Part shown: positions 44,784 to 54,018 of the stretch, piece after piece
How positions within the stretch are numbered: position 1 is the first letter of the stretch
Layout of the letters: each line of letters opens with the position of its first letter
NCBI GenBank assembly: GCA_016206665.1
Contig: JACQRC010000015.1
Span: 118 to 64,117, forward strand
Source: Candidatus Omnitrophota bacterium
GTDB lineage: Bacteria; Omnitrophota; Gorgyraeia; Aquiviventales; JACQRC01
Direction: 5' to 3'
DNA length: 64,000 nucleotides
The notes under the pieces: generated by a model
Database searches by the model: none
Seen by the model: only the letters and a program-made list of their open reading frames with translations
What the model was told of the DNA's origin: nothing
Program-made: the position numbers and the translations under genes

Positions 44784-45766
44784 ACGCGCACACCTTGACG
44801 AGATCGTGGCGCTGTCCCGTTTGCAGCGGAGCGCTGATCGCGGAGGCGAGCCGGCTGCGGTGCGGCTGTGGTGCCGACTATCCGATCATCGCCGGCATTC
44901 CGCGATTGCTCCCTGCCGGCGGCGCAGGGTCGGGCGCGGCGGCGCACCGCGAGATGATGGAACGGACGCGCCAAAGCTTCGGCTTCCAGTGGACCCGGTT
45001 CGGAGAAATGGTCTGCGACTTCGAGGAGAATTTCTTGAACTACGTCCAGCCGCTGCCGCCGGAGTTCTTCCTCGGTAAGCGAGGCCTCGACGCGGGCTGC
45101 GGCTTTGGGAGGCATTTGTTCAACGCCGCCAAGCTGGGGGCGGAGATGGTGGGCATCGACCTGAGCGCCGCGATCGATGTGAGCGCCCGCAACACCGCGC
45201 AGCTGCCCAACGTCACCCTGGCCCAGGCGGACATCTACCATCCGCCGCTGGCCGACGGGAGTTTCGATTTTGTCTATTCCATCGGTGTGCTGCATCACCT
45301 GCCCGATCCGGAGGCCGCGTTTCAGCGATTGGCACGCCTCGTCAAGCCAGGCGGCACGATGGCGATCTGGGTCTACAGCAAGCATCGCCGGCTGACACGG
45401 CATCTCCTCGAGGCGGTGCGGCGCGTGACCGCCCATCTGCCGCATCCGGTGGTGAAGGCGCTCTCCTGGCTGGCGGCCTCGATCGAGTGGTGGGGGTATA
45501 TCCGGCCCTATCAGCTGCTGCATCGTCTGCCGGGTCTCGGCCCTTGGGTTGAGCGGTGGACGCTGTCGCGGATCAAGGTCTATGCCGCCTATCCGTTTCA
45601 GGTCTCCTATGCCGACTGGTTTGACCGGCTGGCCGCGCCCATCCGCTTTTATTATGATCCGGAGGAGCTAGACAGCTGGTTCGCGCGCGCGGGGTTGGGC
45701 GAGCCGCAGCTCTCGCCGACAGGCAATTATGGCTGGCGGGCGGTTGGGGTCAAGCCGGCGTCATGA
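44780..45766 (+). CDS. Class-I SAM methyltransferase with Trm112-like N-terminal zinc-ribbon (7 of 7)
   Basis: ATGA overlap. The ribbon is CPVCSGAL...CGCGADYPIIAGIPRLL and motif I is GLDAGCGFGRH. Confidence 0.75.
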   Translation: MNAHTLTRSWRCPVCSGALIAEASRLRCGCGADYPIIAGIPRLLPAGGAGSGAAAHREMMERTRQSFGFQWTRFGEMVCDFEENFLNYVQPLPPEFFLGKRGLDAGCGFGRHLFNAAKLGAEMVGIDLSAAIDVSARNTAQLPNVTLAQADIYHPPLADGSFDFVYSIGVLHHLPDPEAAFQRLARLVKPGGTMAIWVYSKHRRLTRHLLEAVRRVTAHLPHPVVKALSWLAASIEWWGYIRPYQLLHRLPGLGPWVERWTLSRIKVYAAYPFQVSYADWFDRLAAPIRFYYDPEELDSWFARAGLGEPQLSPTGNYGWRAVGVKPAS

Positions 45767-46959
45767 GGATTCTCTTTGTCCGCAATCTGTTTCAACCGGA
45801 CGAGCTGGGAGGCAACCGGTATCCGGTGGAGGTCTGCGCCCGGCTGGCGGCGCGGGGTCATGCGGTCACCGTGGTCAGCAGCCGGACCACGGCCACGGTC
45901 GAGGCCGCGCTGCCTTCGGTGCGCCGCATCGGCTATCCGGTCGTTCGTTGGCATCCGGTGACGACGCACGTCAGCAACATCTGGTCGGCGAGGCGCTGTG
46001 TGGCGCGCCTGCTGCGCCAGGAATCCTTCGATGTGGTGCTGGTTAGCTCCTATGACGCTGCCGTGGGCACTCTGGCCTTGCGCGGCCTCAGGGACCTGCC
46101 GACCATCTTCATCTATCACAGCAGCCTCTATCATCCATGGCTGCACGCGACAGGCACCAACGGCCATCCCTGGTGGCTGGACCTGCCTGGCATCCGCCCC
46201 GCCGCCCAGGCGTACGTGGAGGGCGTGGAGCGGTTCGCCTTCGGCCGGGTGCGGCGCATTGTCGCGGTGAGCCGATTTTCCGAACGGGAGATTGCTGCGG
46301 TCGCACCATCGGCCCAGCCGCGGACCCTCGTGATTCCGACCGGGGTGGACACGCGCATCTTTGCGCCAGCCGCGGACCGATCCGCCGCTAAGACCGCGCT
46401 GGGGCTCGCTTCGGAGCGGCCGTTGGTCATCGGCGTCGGGCGGCTGACCGCGGTAAAGCGGTTCGACCGCTGGTTGCGGGCGATGGCGGCGGTGCACACC
46501 GCGCCATCCTGGCAGGGGGCGATCATCGGCGGCGGGCCGGCCGACACAGGCCTGCGGCAGCTGGCAGAGGAACTGGGGCTCTCCTCGCGGATCATCTTCA
46601 CGGGGTATGCACCGAGCACGACGGTGGCGGCCTGGATGCGCGCGGCCGATTTGGAGCTCTGCTCCAGCCAATTCGAAAATCAGAGTCTCGCCATCCTCGA
46701 GGCGCTCTCCTGCGGCACGCCGGTGGCCGGGCCACCGGTGGGCGGCGTGCCGGAGGCCATTACGCGGGTCGATCCCGCGCTGGTCGCCGGGCAAGACAGC
46801 GTCGAAGCCTTGACCGCGTGTGTGCGGGCATATCTGCGGCGCACACCCGAGGAGCAGCATGCCGTACGCGAGCGGTGCCGGGAACTGGCCGTTTCGACGC
46901 ATGACTGGGAACGCGTCGTGGATCAGTTAGAGCAGGTGTTGCAGGGAGTGGTGGGGTGA
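45763..46959 (+). CDS. GT4 family glycosyltransferase
   Basis: ATGA overlap. The N-terminus is MRILFVRNLFQPDELGGN, and the C-terminal SQFENQSLAILEALSCGTPV is of the E(x7)E type. Confidence 0.8.
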   Translation: MRILFVRNLFQPDELGGNRYPVEVCARLAARGHAVTVVSSRTTATVEAALPSVRRIGYPVVRWHPVTTHVSNIWSARRCVARLLRQESFDVVLVSSYDAAVGTLALRGLRDLPTIFIYHSSLYHPWLHATGTNGHPWWLDLPGIRPAAQAYVEGVERFAFGRVRRIVAVSRFSEREIAAVAPSAQPRTLVIPTGVDTRIFAPAADRSAAKTALGLASERPLVIGVGRLTAVKRFDRWLRAMAAVHTAPSWQGAIIGGGPADTGLRQLAEELGLSSRIIFTGYAPSTTVAAWMRAADLELCSSQFENQSLAILEALSCGTPVAGPPVGGVPEAITRVDPALVAGQDSVEALTACVRAYLRRTPEEQHAVRERCRELAVSTHDWERVVDQLEQVLQGVVG

Positions 46960-48107
46960 AGCCGTTGCGCCTGCTGCTGATCACCAACAGCCTCGAGGTC
47001 GGCGGCGTGGAAACGAATCTCGTCGCGCTGGCCCACGGATTTCGACGGCGTGGCCATGCCGTGACCGTCGCGGCTGCACCTGGCCCGCTGCGGGCAGCGC
47101 TGCCAAGCGAGATCCGCTACGCCGCGGTGCCCGCCGATGGCGGTCTACCGTGGATCTGGTGGCGGGCCGCGGCCGGGGTCGCGCGGGTATTGCGGGAAGC
47201 GGAGATCGGCGTCATCCACGCCTTCTCACCGCGCGCCACGTTGATCGCCGATCTGGCCCGGTGGCAACTGGGTGGTTTGAACGGGCATCGCGTGATCCGA
47301 CCGCTGCTCGTGAGCGTGCCGGGCGGGCTGCAGGAGTCGCCGGCGGAGAGCGCCGTCGTAACCTACGGCCGGCTCTGGCCGCTGTGGGGGGCGGACCGCA
47401 TTCTCGCGATCTCGCAGGAGATCCGAAAGACGGTGAACCGGCTGCCCGGCCTGGCTGCGCGCGTCACGTCGCTGTGCCACATCGGGCTGGACCTCAGCAA
47501 GTTTCAGGCGGTCGCCCCGGAGACGGCAGTGCGGCTGCGGCAGACGTGGGGATGGGATGCCGCGACCCCCATCATCGGCACCATCGGTGCCCTGGCCGAA
47601 CGCAAGAGCCATGACCTGTTTCTGCGCACCGCCAGTCTGGTGCACCGCCGGCATCCGGAGGCACGATTCGTGATCGTCGGAGAGGGGCCGCTGCGTCAGC
47701 GATTGACGGCGCTGGCCCAGGAGCTCGGGCTGGGGGAGGCGGTGCGGTTTCTCGGGTTGCGGCACGACATCCCTGAGATTCTGGCGGCGCTCGATCTGTA
47801 CATCAAGCCTGGCATCGTCGAAGGTTTTGTCGGGATCACCGTGCTGGAGGCGATGGCGATGGCCAAACCGGTCATCGCTTTTGAGACGGAGGATGTCAAA
47901 GCGGCGATTCGTGACGGCCAGACAGGGTTGCTGGTGCCGTGCGGGGATGTGGCGGCGCTGGCCGAAGCCACCATCTCGCTGGTGGAGCAACCGATGCTGC
48001 GCCAGCGATACGGGCAGGCGGGGCACCGCCTCGTCGAAGCAGAATTTGAAGTTTCGCGGGTCACGGAACGCTTGGAGCAATTTTACGCGGAGGCGCTGGG
48101 TGCTTAA
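46956..48107 (+). CDS. GT4 family glycosyltransferase
   Basis: GTG 46956 sits in a GTGA overlap. Motifs are LLLITNSLEVGGVE and GIVEGFVGITVLEAMAMAKPVI. Confidence 0.85.
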   Translation: MKPLRLLLITNSLEVGGVETNLVALAHGFRRRGHAVTVAAAPGPLRAALPSEIRYAAVPADGGLPWIWWRAAAGVARVLREAEIGVIHAFSPRATLIADLARWQLGGLNGHRVIRPLLVSVPGGLQESPAESAVVTYGRLWPLWGADRILAISQEIRKTVNRLPGLAARVTSLCHIGLDLSKFQAVAPETAVRLRQTWGWDAATPIIGTIGALAERKSHDLFLRTASLVHRRHPEARFVIVGEGPLRQRLTALAQELGLGEAVRFLGLRHDIPEILAALDLYIKPGIVEGFVGITVLEAMAMAKPVIAFETEDVKAAIRDGQTGLLVPCGDVAALAEATISLVEQPMLRQRYGQAGHRLVEAEFEVSRVTERLEQFYAEALGA

Positions 48108-49164
48108 GGTCGCCATCATCGGCTGCGGCTATTGGGGACAGAACCTGATCCGCAACTGCCAGGATACGGACGGGGTGTCGGTGGTGGCGTGCGTCGACGC
48201 TCGGCCGGACCGGCTGGCCTACATCCGTCAGCGATTTCCCCACGTCGGGCTCTACGATGACTGGTCCCGCCTCGTGCAAGCCGAGGCCTCGGGAGGGCTC
48301 CAGGTCGACGCGGTCGTCGTCGCCACCCCGCCCTCGAGCCATGCGGCGCTGGCGAAGGCGGCGCTGGAACTGGGCAAACATGTGCTCGTTGAAAAGCCCT
48401 TCACGCTCCGCTCCGAAGAGGCCGCGGCGCTGGTGGCGCTGGCGAAGGCGCGCGGGGTGCGGTTGATGGTGGATTTCACCTTTGTCTACGCGGGGGCCGT
48501 GCGGCGCATCAAGGAGCTGATCGACGACGGTGAGTTGGGGGAGCTGTACTACTTCGACTCCAGCCGGATCAACCTGGGGCTGCTCCAGCCGGACACGAAC
48601 GTCGTGTGGGACCTGGTGGCGCATGATGTCTCGATGCTGTTGTATCTGACCGGCCAACATCCCATCGCCGTCTCGGCACACGGCGGCTCCTTCATCCGCG
48701 AGGGTATCCCGGAGATCGCCTACGTCAACCTCACCTTCCCACAGGGGCTGATGGCGCACATCGCCGTGAGCTGGCTCTCGCCGGTCAAGGTGCGCCAGAC
48801 GCTCATCGGCGGCAGTAAGAAGATGGTCTTGTACGATGACATCGAAAACATCGAAAAGGTGCGCGTCTACGACAAGGGCGTCCTGCTGAATGCCTCGGAG
48901 CCGCAGGGGCTGTTAGAGCGCCAGCTCACCTATCGTACGGGCGACGTCTGGGTGCCGAAGCTCGACACGACCGAGCCGCTCAAGGCGATGTGTGCGCATT
49001 TCCGGGACAGCATCGACGATCCACGGCGGGTGCTGCTGACCGATGGGCAGTTCGGATGGGAAGTGGTGCGGATCCTGGAGCGGGTCGAGGCCTCGATGCA
49101 GCGGCGCGGCCAGGAGCTGCGCATCGAAACCCCGGCCGCTCAGCCGAAGGAGTTGACGGCGTGA
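48100..49164 (+). CDS. Gfo/Idh/MocA-family NAD-dependent sugar oxidoreductase (WbpB-like)
   Basis: GTG 48100 has an 8-nt overlap. Motifs are KVAIIGCGYWGQN and HVLVEKP. Confidence 0.85.
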   Translation: MLKVAIIGCGYWGQNLIRNCQDTDGVSVVACVDARPDRLAYIRQRFPHVGLYDDWSRLVQAEASGGLQVDAVVVATPPSSHAALAKAALELGKHVLVEKPFTLRSEEAAALVALAKARGVRLMVDFTFVYAGAVRRIKELIDDGELGELYYFDSSRINLGLLQPDTNVVWDLVAHDVSMLLYLTGQHPIAVSAHGGSFIREGIPEIAYVNLTFPQGLMAHIAVSWLSPVKVRQTLIGGSKKMVLYDDIENIEKVRVYDKGVLLNASEPQGLLERQLTYRTGDVWVPKLDTTEPLKAMCAHFRDSIDDPRRVLLTDGQFGWEVVRILERVEASMQRRGQELRIETPAAQPKELTA

Positions 49165-49255
49165 CCCCACCACCTGGCGCGCCCCGCCGTCCCTGCGGGG
49201 CGTCGGCCGTACGCCCGACAGGCCCTACGGGCCGTGCGGCAGGTGGTGGGGTGAC
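49161..49255 (+). repeat. 95-bp palindromic intergenic repeat, copy 1 (REP/MITE-like)
   Basis: GTGAC direct repeats lie at 49161-49165 and 49251-49255. A perfect 13-bp terminal inverted repeat pairs ACCCCACCACCTG (49164-49176) with CAGGTGGTGGGGT (49240-49252). An internal perfect 8-bp stem pairs CGCCCCGC (49180-49187) with GCGGGGCG (49195-49202). A second copy lies at 58007-58101. Confidence 0.85.
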
Positions 49256-49931
49256 GCGGCAGGACGCGCAGATTTTTCCGAAGGTGACGCTGGGCCGTCC
49301 GGCCGAGGTGGCCGGCCCCTGCATTCTGGGCCAGCCGCCCCGCGGCCGCCGCGCCGGCGAACTACCGTTGGTGATCGGGCCACACGCCACGATCCGCGCC
49401 TTCACCGTCATCTACGCGGGCACGACGATCGGTGCGCATCTCTCCACCGGCCACGGGGCGTTGATTCGCGAGGACAACCGCCTGGGGGACGATGTCAGCG
49501 TCGGCACGCATGCGGTGCTGGAGCATGGCAACCGGATCGGCAGCCACGTGCGCATCCACTCCGGCAGCTTCCTGGAACTGGTGATCCTCGATGACCACGT
49601 CTTCATCGGGCCGGGCGTCGTCTTCACCGATGACCCGCACCCGATGTGCCCGCGCTACGAGGAGTGCGTGCGCGGGGCGACGGTGCGCGCGTGGGCCAAG
49701 ATCGGGGGGAACGCGACGATCCTGCCCGGGGTGGTCATCGGTGCCCATGCCTTGGTGGGGGCGGGTTCGGTGGTGACGGAAGATGTGCCGGAGGCAGCGG
49801 TGGTGGCGGGTAATCCGGCCCGCATCATTAAGCGGGTGGAAGAGCTGCGCTGCATCAAAGGCTATTTTGAGCGGGTGTACGAGTGGGAAACCGCGAAAAC
49901 ACCGCGTCTGGCGCGGCCGGCGGCACGGTAA
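49251..49931 (+). CDS. Left-handed beta-helix (hexapeptide-repeat) acetyltransferase (WbpD-like)
   Basis: Hexapeptide repeats include IGPHATIRAFTVIYAGTTIGAHLSTGHGALIREDNRLGDDVSVGTHAVLEHGNRIGSHVRIHSGS. The start is probably GTG 49251 at the right end of the repeat. GTG 49161 is also in frame and would add 30 repeat-encoded codons. Confidence 0.75.
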   Translation: MTRQDAQIFPKVTLGRPAEVAGPCILGQPPRGRRAGELPLVIGPHATIRAFTVIYAGTTIGAHLSTGHGALIREDNRLGDDVSVGTHAVLEHGNRIGSHVRIHSGSFLELVILDDHVFIGPGVVFTDDPHPMCPRYEECVRGATVRAWAKIGGNATILPGVVIGAHALVGAGSVVTEDVPEAAVVAGNPARIIKRVEELRCIKGYFERVYEWETAKTPRLARPAAR

Positions 49932-49941
49932 CCAGACGACC

Positions 49942-51846
49942 ATGTGCGGCATCTGCGGGGTGTGGCATTGGACGGAGGAACCGGTGACGGAGCAGCTGCT
50001 GCAACGGATGGCGGCTCAGCTGCGCCACCGCGGCCCCGACGATGAAGGGACCGCGCGCCCCGCGCCAGGCGTGGGCCTGGGCCACACGCGGCTGAGCATC
50101 ATCGACTTGAGCGCCGCCGGCCATCAGCCGATGGCCAACGCCGCCAAGACGGCGTGGATCGTCTACAACGGCGAGATCTACAATTACCGCACGCTGCGGG
50201 ACGAACTGCAGCGAGCCGGCGCCGTCTTCGTCAGTCAATCGGATACCGAAGTGATTCTCCACGCCTACGAGCGGTGGGGACTGGACTGTCTCGAGCATCT
50301 CGACGGGATGTTCGCCTTCGGCCTGTGGGATGCCCGCCAGCAACAGCTCTTCTGCGCCCGCGACCGCACCGGCAAGAAGCCGCTCTTCTATTATGAGGGG
50401 CCGTCGGTGTGGGCCTTCGCCTCGGAGATCAAGGCGCTGCTGGTTCATCCGGGCATCCCGGACGAGATTAACCTCGAGGCCCTGCCGGCATACCTCGCCC
50501 ACGGGTATGTCCCATCGCCTGACACCTTCTATCGCGGGATCCGGCAGCTGCCGCCAGGGTGCCGCCTCGTCCTGAGCCGCCAGCGGCGGACGGCCGAGGT
50601 CACACCGTACTGGGAGGTGCACCGCCGCGTCCGACGGACGGAGCCATCCGCGGCCGAGGCCCGCACCGAAGTGCGCCGCCTCGTGACGGAGGCGGTGCGC
50701 AAACGGCTCATCGCCGACGTACCGTTAGGGGCGTTCTTGAGCGGCGGGCTCGATTCGACGATCGTCGTCGGCGTGATGAGCCAATTGATGGACCAGCCCG
50801 TGCGCACCTTCAGCATTGGCTTCTCCGGCGATGCGCGCTTTGACGAGACCCGGTACGCCCGGATCGCCGCGCGGCGGTTTGGGACCCGGCACACCGAGTT
50901 CATCGTCGAGCCGCAGGCCTTCGAGCTGCTGGATACCCTGGTCTACCATCACGACCAGCCCTTCGGCGACTCCTCGGCGATTCCCGCCTTTTTGCTGTCG
51001 CGGCTGACACGGCAGCAGGTGACGGTGGCCCTCAATGGTGACGGGGGGGATGAGCTGTTCGCCGGCTATCTGCGGTTCGCGGTCTGCGTCCGGGCCGAAC
51101 GCTGGCCGCTGTGGATGCGGCGCCGGATGCACCACCTCGCTCAGCGGCTGGCCGGCTGGTCCGGTCGTCACCACGCGCTGGCGAGCGCTGCGCGTCTGTG
51201 CGAGGCGGCCCGGCTGCCCCCGGCGGAACGGCTCTTCCGGCTGACCGCGTACTTCCCTCAGCCGGAAGAGGTGCTGCACCCCGAGTTGGCCGGCCTCGTG
51301 CGGGACGATCGGCTCATGGGAAATTTTCGCGAGATCTTTCAGGCGTCGCCCAACGGCACGCTGCTCTCCAAGCTCTTGTACGTGAATCTGCGTGAATATC
51401 TCGCCGGCGACTTGCATGTGAAGATGGACCGGTGTAGCATGGCCCATGGGCTGGAGACGCGCTCGCCCCTGCTCGACACGGCGCTCATCGAATATGCACT
51501 GGGATTGCCGGACGCCATGAAGTTGCGTGGCTGGCGGACCAAAGTGATCCTGCGGGACGCCTTCGCGGATTTGTTGCCGCCGGAGATTCAGCATCGTGGG
51601 AAATGGGGATTCGGCGTGCCGCTCGGGGCGTGGTTTCGGACTTCGCTGCGCGCGCGGCTTCAGGAACTCCTGCTCGATCCCCAGGCGCAGTGGTTGGCCT
51701 ACCTACGGCGTGAAGCCGTGCAACAGTTGGTGGACGAACATCTCCTGGGAGCGCGCGATCACAGTCAGCGGTTGTGGTCGTTGTTGACGCTGGAAACGTG
51801 GCTGCGGTTGCGCAAGGCAGGCGCCTTGCTGGTCAGCCATGCGTGA
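49942..51846 (+). CDS. Asparagine synthase (glutamine-hydrolysing)-family amidotransferase, copy 2
   Basis: ATG 49942. Motifs are MCGICG, HRGPDD, YNGEIYN and AFLSGGLDS. Confidence 0.9.
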   Translation: MCGICGVWHWTEEPVTEQLLQRMAAQLRHRGPDDEGTARPAPGVGLGHTRLSIIDLSAAGHQPMANAAKTAWIVYNGEIYNYRTLRDELQRAGAVFVSQSDTEVILHAYERWGLDCLEHLDGMFAFGLWDARQQQLFCARDRTGKKPLFYYEGPSVWAFASEIKALLVHPGIPDEINLEALPAYLAHGYVPSPDTFYRGIRQLPPGCRLVLSRQRRTAEVTPYWEVHRRVRRTEPSAAEARTEVRRLVTEAVRKRLIADVPLGAFLSGGLDSTIVVGVMSQLMDQPVRTFSIGFSGDARFDETRYARIAARRFGTRHTEFIVEPQAFELLDTLVYHHDQPFGDSSAIPAFLLSRLTRQQVTVALNGDGGDELFAGYLRFAVCVRAERWPLWMRRRMHHLAQRLAGWSGRHHALASAARLCEAARLPPAERLFRLTAYFPQPEEVLHPELAGLVRDDRLMGNFREIFQASPNGTLLSKLLYVNLREYLAGDLHVKMDRCSMAHGLETRSPLLDTALIEYALGLPDAMKLRGWRTKVILRDAFADLLPPEIQHRGKWGFGVPLGAWFRTSLRARLQELLLDPQAQWLAYLRREAVQQLVDEHLLGARDHSQRLWSLLTLETWLRLRKAGALLVSHA

Positions 51847-53041
51847 GGCGCGTCCCATCCGCATCCTGCGCATCATCGCGCGGCTCAACATCGGGGGGCC
51901 GGCCCGCCAGGCGCTGCTGTTGAGCGAGACGCTGAATGGCGGGTCATTCGCCTCGCGATTGGTCTACGGCCGACCGGCGCCGGATGAGGGGGATTGGTCG
52001 GACCGGCTCAACGCGTCGGCCTCCCGCATCCGTCTGAACCGTTTCGGGCGGGAGCTCCATCCGATCAATGACGTGGCCACCCTGTGGCAGCTCTGCCGGG
52101 TCGTGGCCGAGTTCCGGCCGGACATCATTCACACGCACACGGCGAAGGCCGGCGCGCTCGGCCGGCTGGCGGGAGGACTCATGAACGCCCGCTGGCGCTG
52201 GTCGCATGACCGGCACCGGGCAGTACTCGTCCACACCTTTCACGGTCACGTCCTCGCGGGCTATTTTCCTCAGGTGATGACCCGGCTCTTTCTCGGGATC
52301 GAGCGCGCCCTGGCCCGACGGACCGACCGCATCATCGCCGTCAGCCCCTCGGTGCGGGAAGAGTTGCTGCGTCTGGGCATCGGGGATGCCGAGCGCGTCA
52401 CCGTGGTGCGCCTGGGCCTGCCGCTGGATGATTTGCTCGCGGTAGAGCCGCCGCCCGCCCCTGCGCGGCCGTGCCGGGTGGGCATCATCGGCCGGCTCGT
52501 GCCGATCAAACGCCACGAGCTCTTCCTGCAGATGGCGCAGCGCTGCCGCATGGAGGCCCCGGGGACCGACTGGCGGTTTGCCGTCGTGGGCGATGGCGAG
52601 CGGCGGTCCGAGCTGGAGGGCCTCGCCCAACGGCTGGGCTTGCACGGTACGTTGACCTTCACCGGCTGGCAGTCCGATTTGCCGGCGGTCTACCGCGGGC
52701 TCGATGTCGTCTGTCTCACCTCAGCCAATGAGGGGACCCCGGTCTCCCTCATTGAGGCGCTCGCCGCGCACCGCGCGGTGGTGGCGACCGAGGTCGGCGG
52801 GGTGCGCGACATCGTCGGGCCGACGGTCACCAGACAGGAAGGCATCCAGATCGCCGAGCGGGGGCTGCTCATCGGTCACGGCGACAGCGCCGCGCTCTCC
52901 CGCGCCGTGCAGATGCTGGCCGCGCAGGACGAGCTACGGCTCCGGCTGGGCCGGGCCGGCCGACAATTTGTGCAGCACCACTACAGTGCGGAGCAACTCA
53001 TCCATCATCTGACACAACTCTACGAGGAACTGGTGCCATGA
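51839..53041 (+). CDS. GT4 family glycosyltransferase
   Basis: Motifs are IRILRIIARLNIGGPA and SANEGTPVSLIEALAAHRAVVATEVGG. Confidence 0.8.
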   Translation: MREARPIRILRIIARLNIGGPARQALLLSETLNGGSFASRLVYGRPAPDEGDWSDRLNASASRIRLNRFGRELHPINDVATLWQLCRVVAEFRPDIIHTHTAKAGALGRLAGGLMNARWRWSHDRHRAVLVHTFHGHVLAGYFPQVMTRLFLGIERALARRTDRIIAVSPSVREELLRLGIGDAERVTVVRLGLPLDDLLAVEPPPAPARPCRVGIIGRLVPIKRHELFLQMAQRCRMEAPGTDWRFAVVGDGERRSELEGLAQRLGLHGTLTFTGWQSDLPAVYRGLDVVCLTSANEGTPVSLIEALAAHRAVVATEVGGVRDIVGPTVTRQEGIQIAERGLLIGHGDSAALSRAVQMLAAQDELRLRLGRAGRQFVQHHYSAEQLIHHLTQLYEELVP

Positions 53042-54018
53042 AAACACTCATCACAGGCGGGGCAGGCTTCATCGGGTCGCATCTGTCGGAGCTGCTGCTC
53101 CAGCAGGGCCATGAGGTGACGGCCCTGGATAACTTGTCCACAGGCCGGTACGAAAACATCGCTCATCTGGACGGTCACGCCGGATTCCAGTTTGTCAACG
53201 GCTCCATCCTGGAGGCGTCCCTCGTCGACAAACTCGTCGAGCGCGCGCAGGTGGTCTTTCATTTGGCGGCTGCCGTGGGTGTGGAGCTGATCATCAAGCG
53301 GCCGCTGGAGTCGCTCACCACCAACATCAAGGGCAGCGAGATCGTCCTCGACATGGCGCACCGCTACCGGCGCAAGGTGCTGGTGGCGTCCACCTCGGAG
53401 ATCTACGGCAAGAACACCAACGGCCCCTTGAAGGAGGACGAAGACCGCATCCTGGGCTCGCCGCTTAAGAGCCGGTGGAGCTACTCGACCGCCAAGGCCA
53501 TTGATGAGATCCTGGCCTACATCTATTATAAGGAGAAGGGGGTGCCCACGGTCATCGTGCGGCTGTTCAACACCGTCGGCCCGCGCCAGACGGGCGCGTA
53601 TGGGATGGTCATTCCGCGGTTCGTGGGGCAGGCGATCGCGGGCAAGCCCCTGTCGGTCTACGGTGACGGCAAGCAAACGCGCTGCTTCCTGCACGTGAAG
53701 GACGTGGTGGCTGCGCTGGCGAAATTAGCGGAGCATGCCGGGGCGGTGGGGGAGGCGTTCAATCTGGGCAGTCAGGAAGAAGTGGCCATCAATGAGCTGG
53801 CCCAGCGCATCATCGAGTTGGCCGGCAGCAATTCCCAGGTCGTCCATGTGCCGTACGACGAGGCCTACGAAGAGGGGTTTGAGGACATGCAGCGCCGGGT
53901 GCCGGATACCACCAAGTTGCAGCGGCTGATCGGATTCAAGCCGACGCGGAAACTGGACGATATCATCCGGGACGTGATCGAGACCATGCGCCGCGCGCCG
54001 CAAGGAGTCCAACGGTAA
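53038..54018 (+). CDS. NAD-dependent sugar epimerase/dehydratase (UDP-glucuronate decarboxylase / 4-epimerase-like extended SDR)
   Basis: ATGA overlap. Motifs are MKTLITGGAGFIGSHL, STSEIYG and YSTAK (YxxxK). Confidence 0.85.
   Translation: MKTLITGGAGFIGSHLSELLLQQGHEVTALDNLSTGRYENIAHLDGHAGFQFVNGSILEASLVDKLVERAQVVFHLAAAVGVELIIKRPLESLTTNIKGSEIVLDMAHRYRRKVLVASTSEIYGKNTNGPLKEDEDRILGSPLKSRWSYSTAKAIDEILAYIYYKEKGVPTVIVRLFNTVGPRQTGAYGMVIPRFVGQAIAGKPLSVYGDGKQTRCFLHVKDVVAALAKLAEHAGAVGEAFNLGSQEEVAINELAQRIIELAGSNSQVVHVPYDEAYEEGFEDMQRRVPDTTKLQRLIGFKPTRKLDDIIRDVIETMRRAPQGVQR

Noticed and set aside
46948-46959. GTGGTGGGGTGA at the 45763/46956 gene junction matches 12 nt of the repeat right end
   Set aside because: There is no partner inverted arm and no extra spacer. 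The sequence simply encodes the C-terminal ...GVVG-stop of the GT4 plus the GTG start of the next gene. It is probably coincidence, or at most a preferred target-like site.
49161-49250. Treating the 30 repeat-encoded codons as a genuine N-terminal domain of the acetyltransferase, and likewise 58007-58096 for the GT9
   Set aside because: The same 90 nt occur in opposite orientation at the two sites and give unrelated peptides. Family-typical N-termini begin right after the second GTG. Absence of stops over 30 codons is unremarkable at this G+C content. The possibility is kept in the findings but is not annotated as the primary start.
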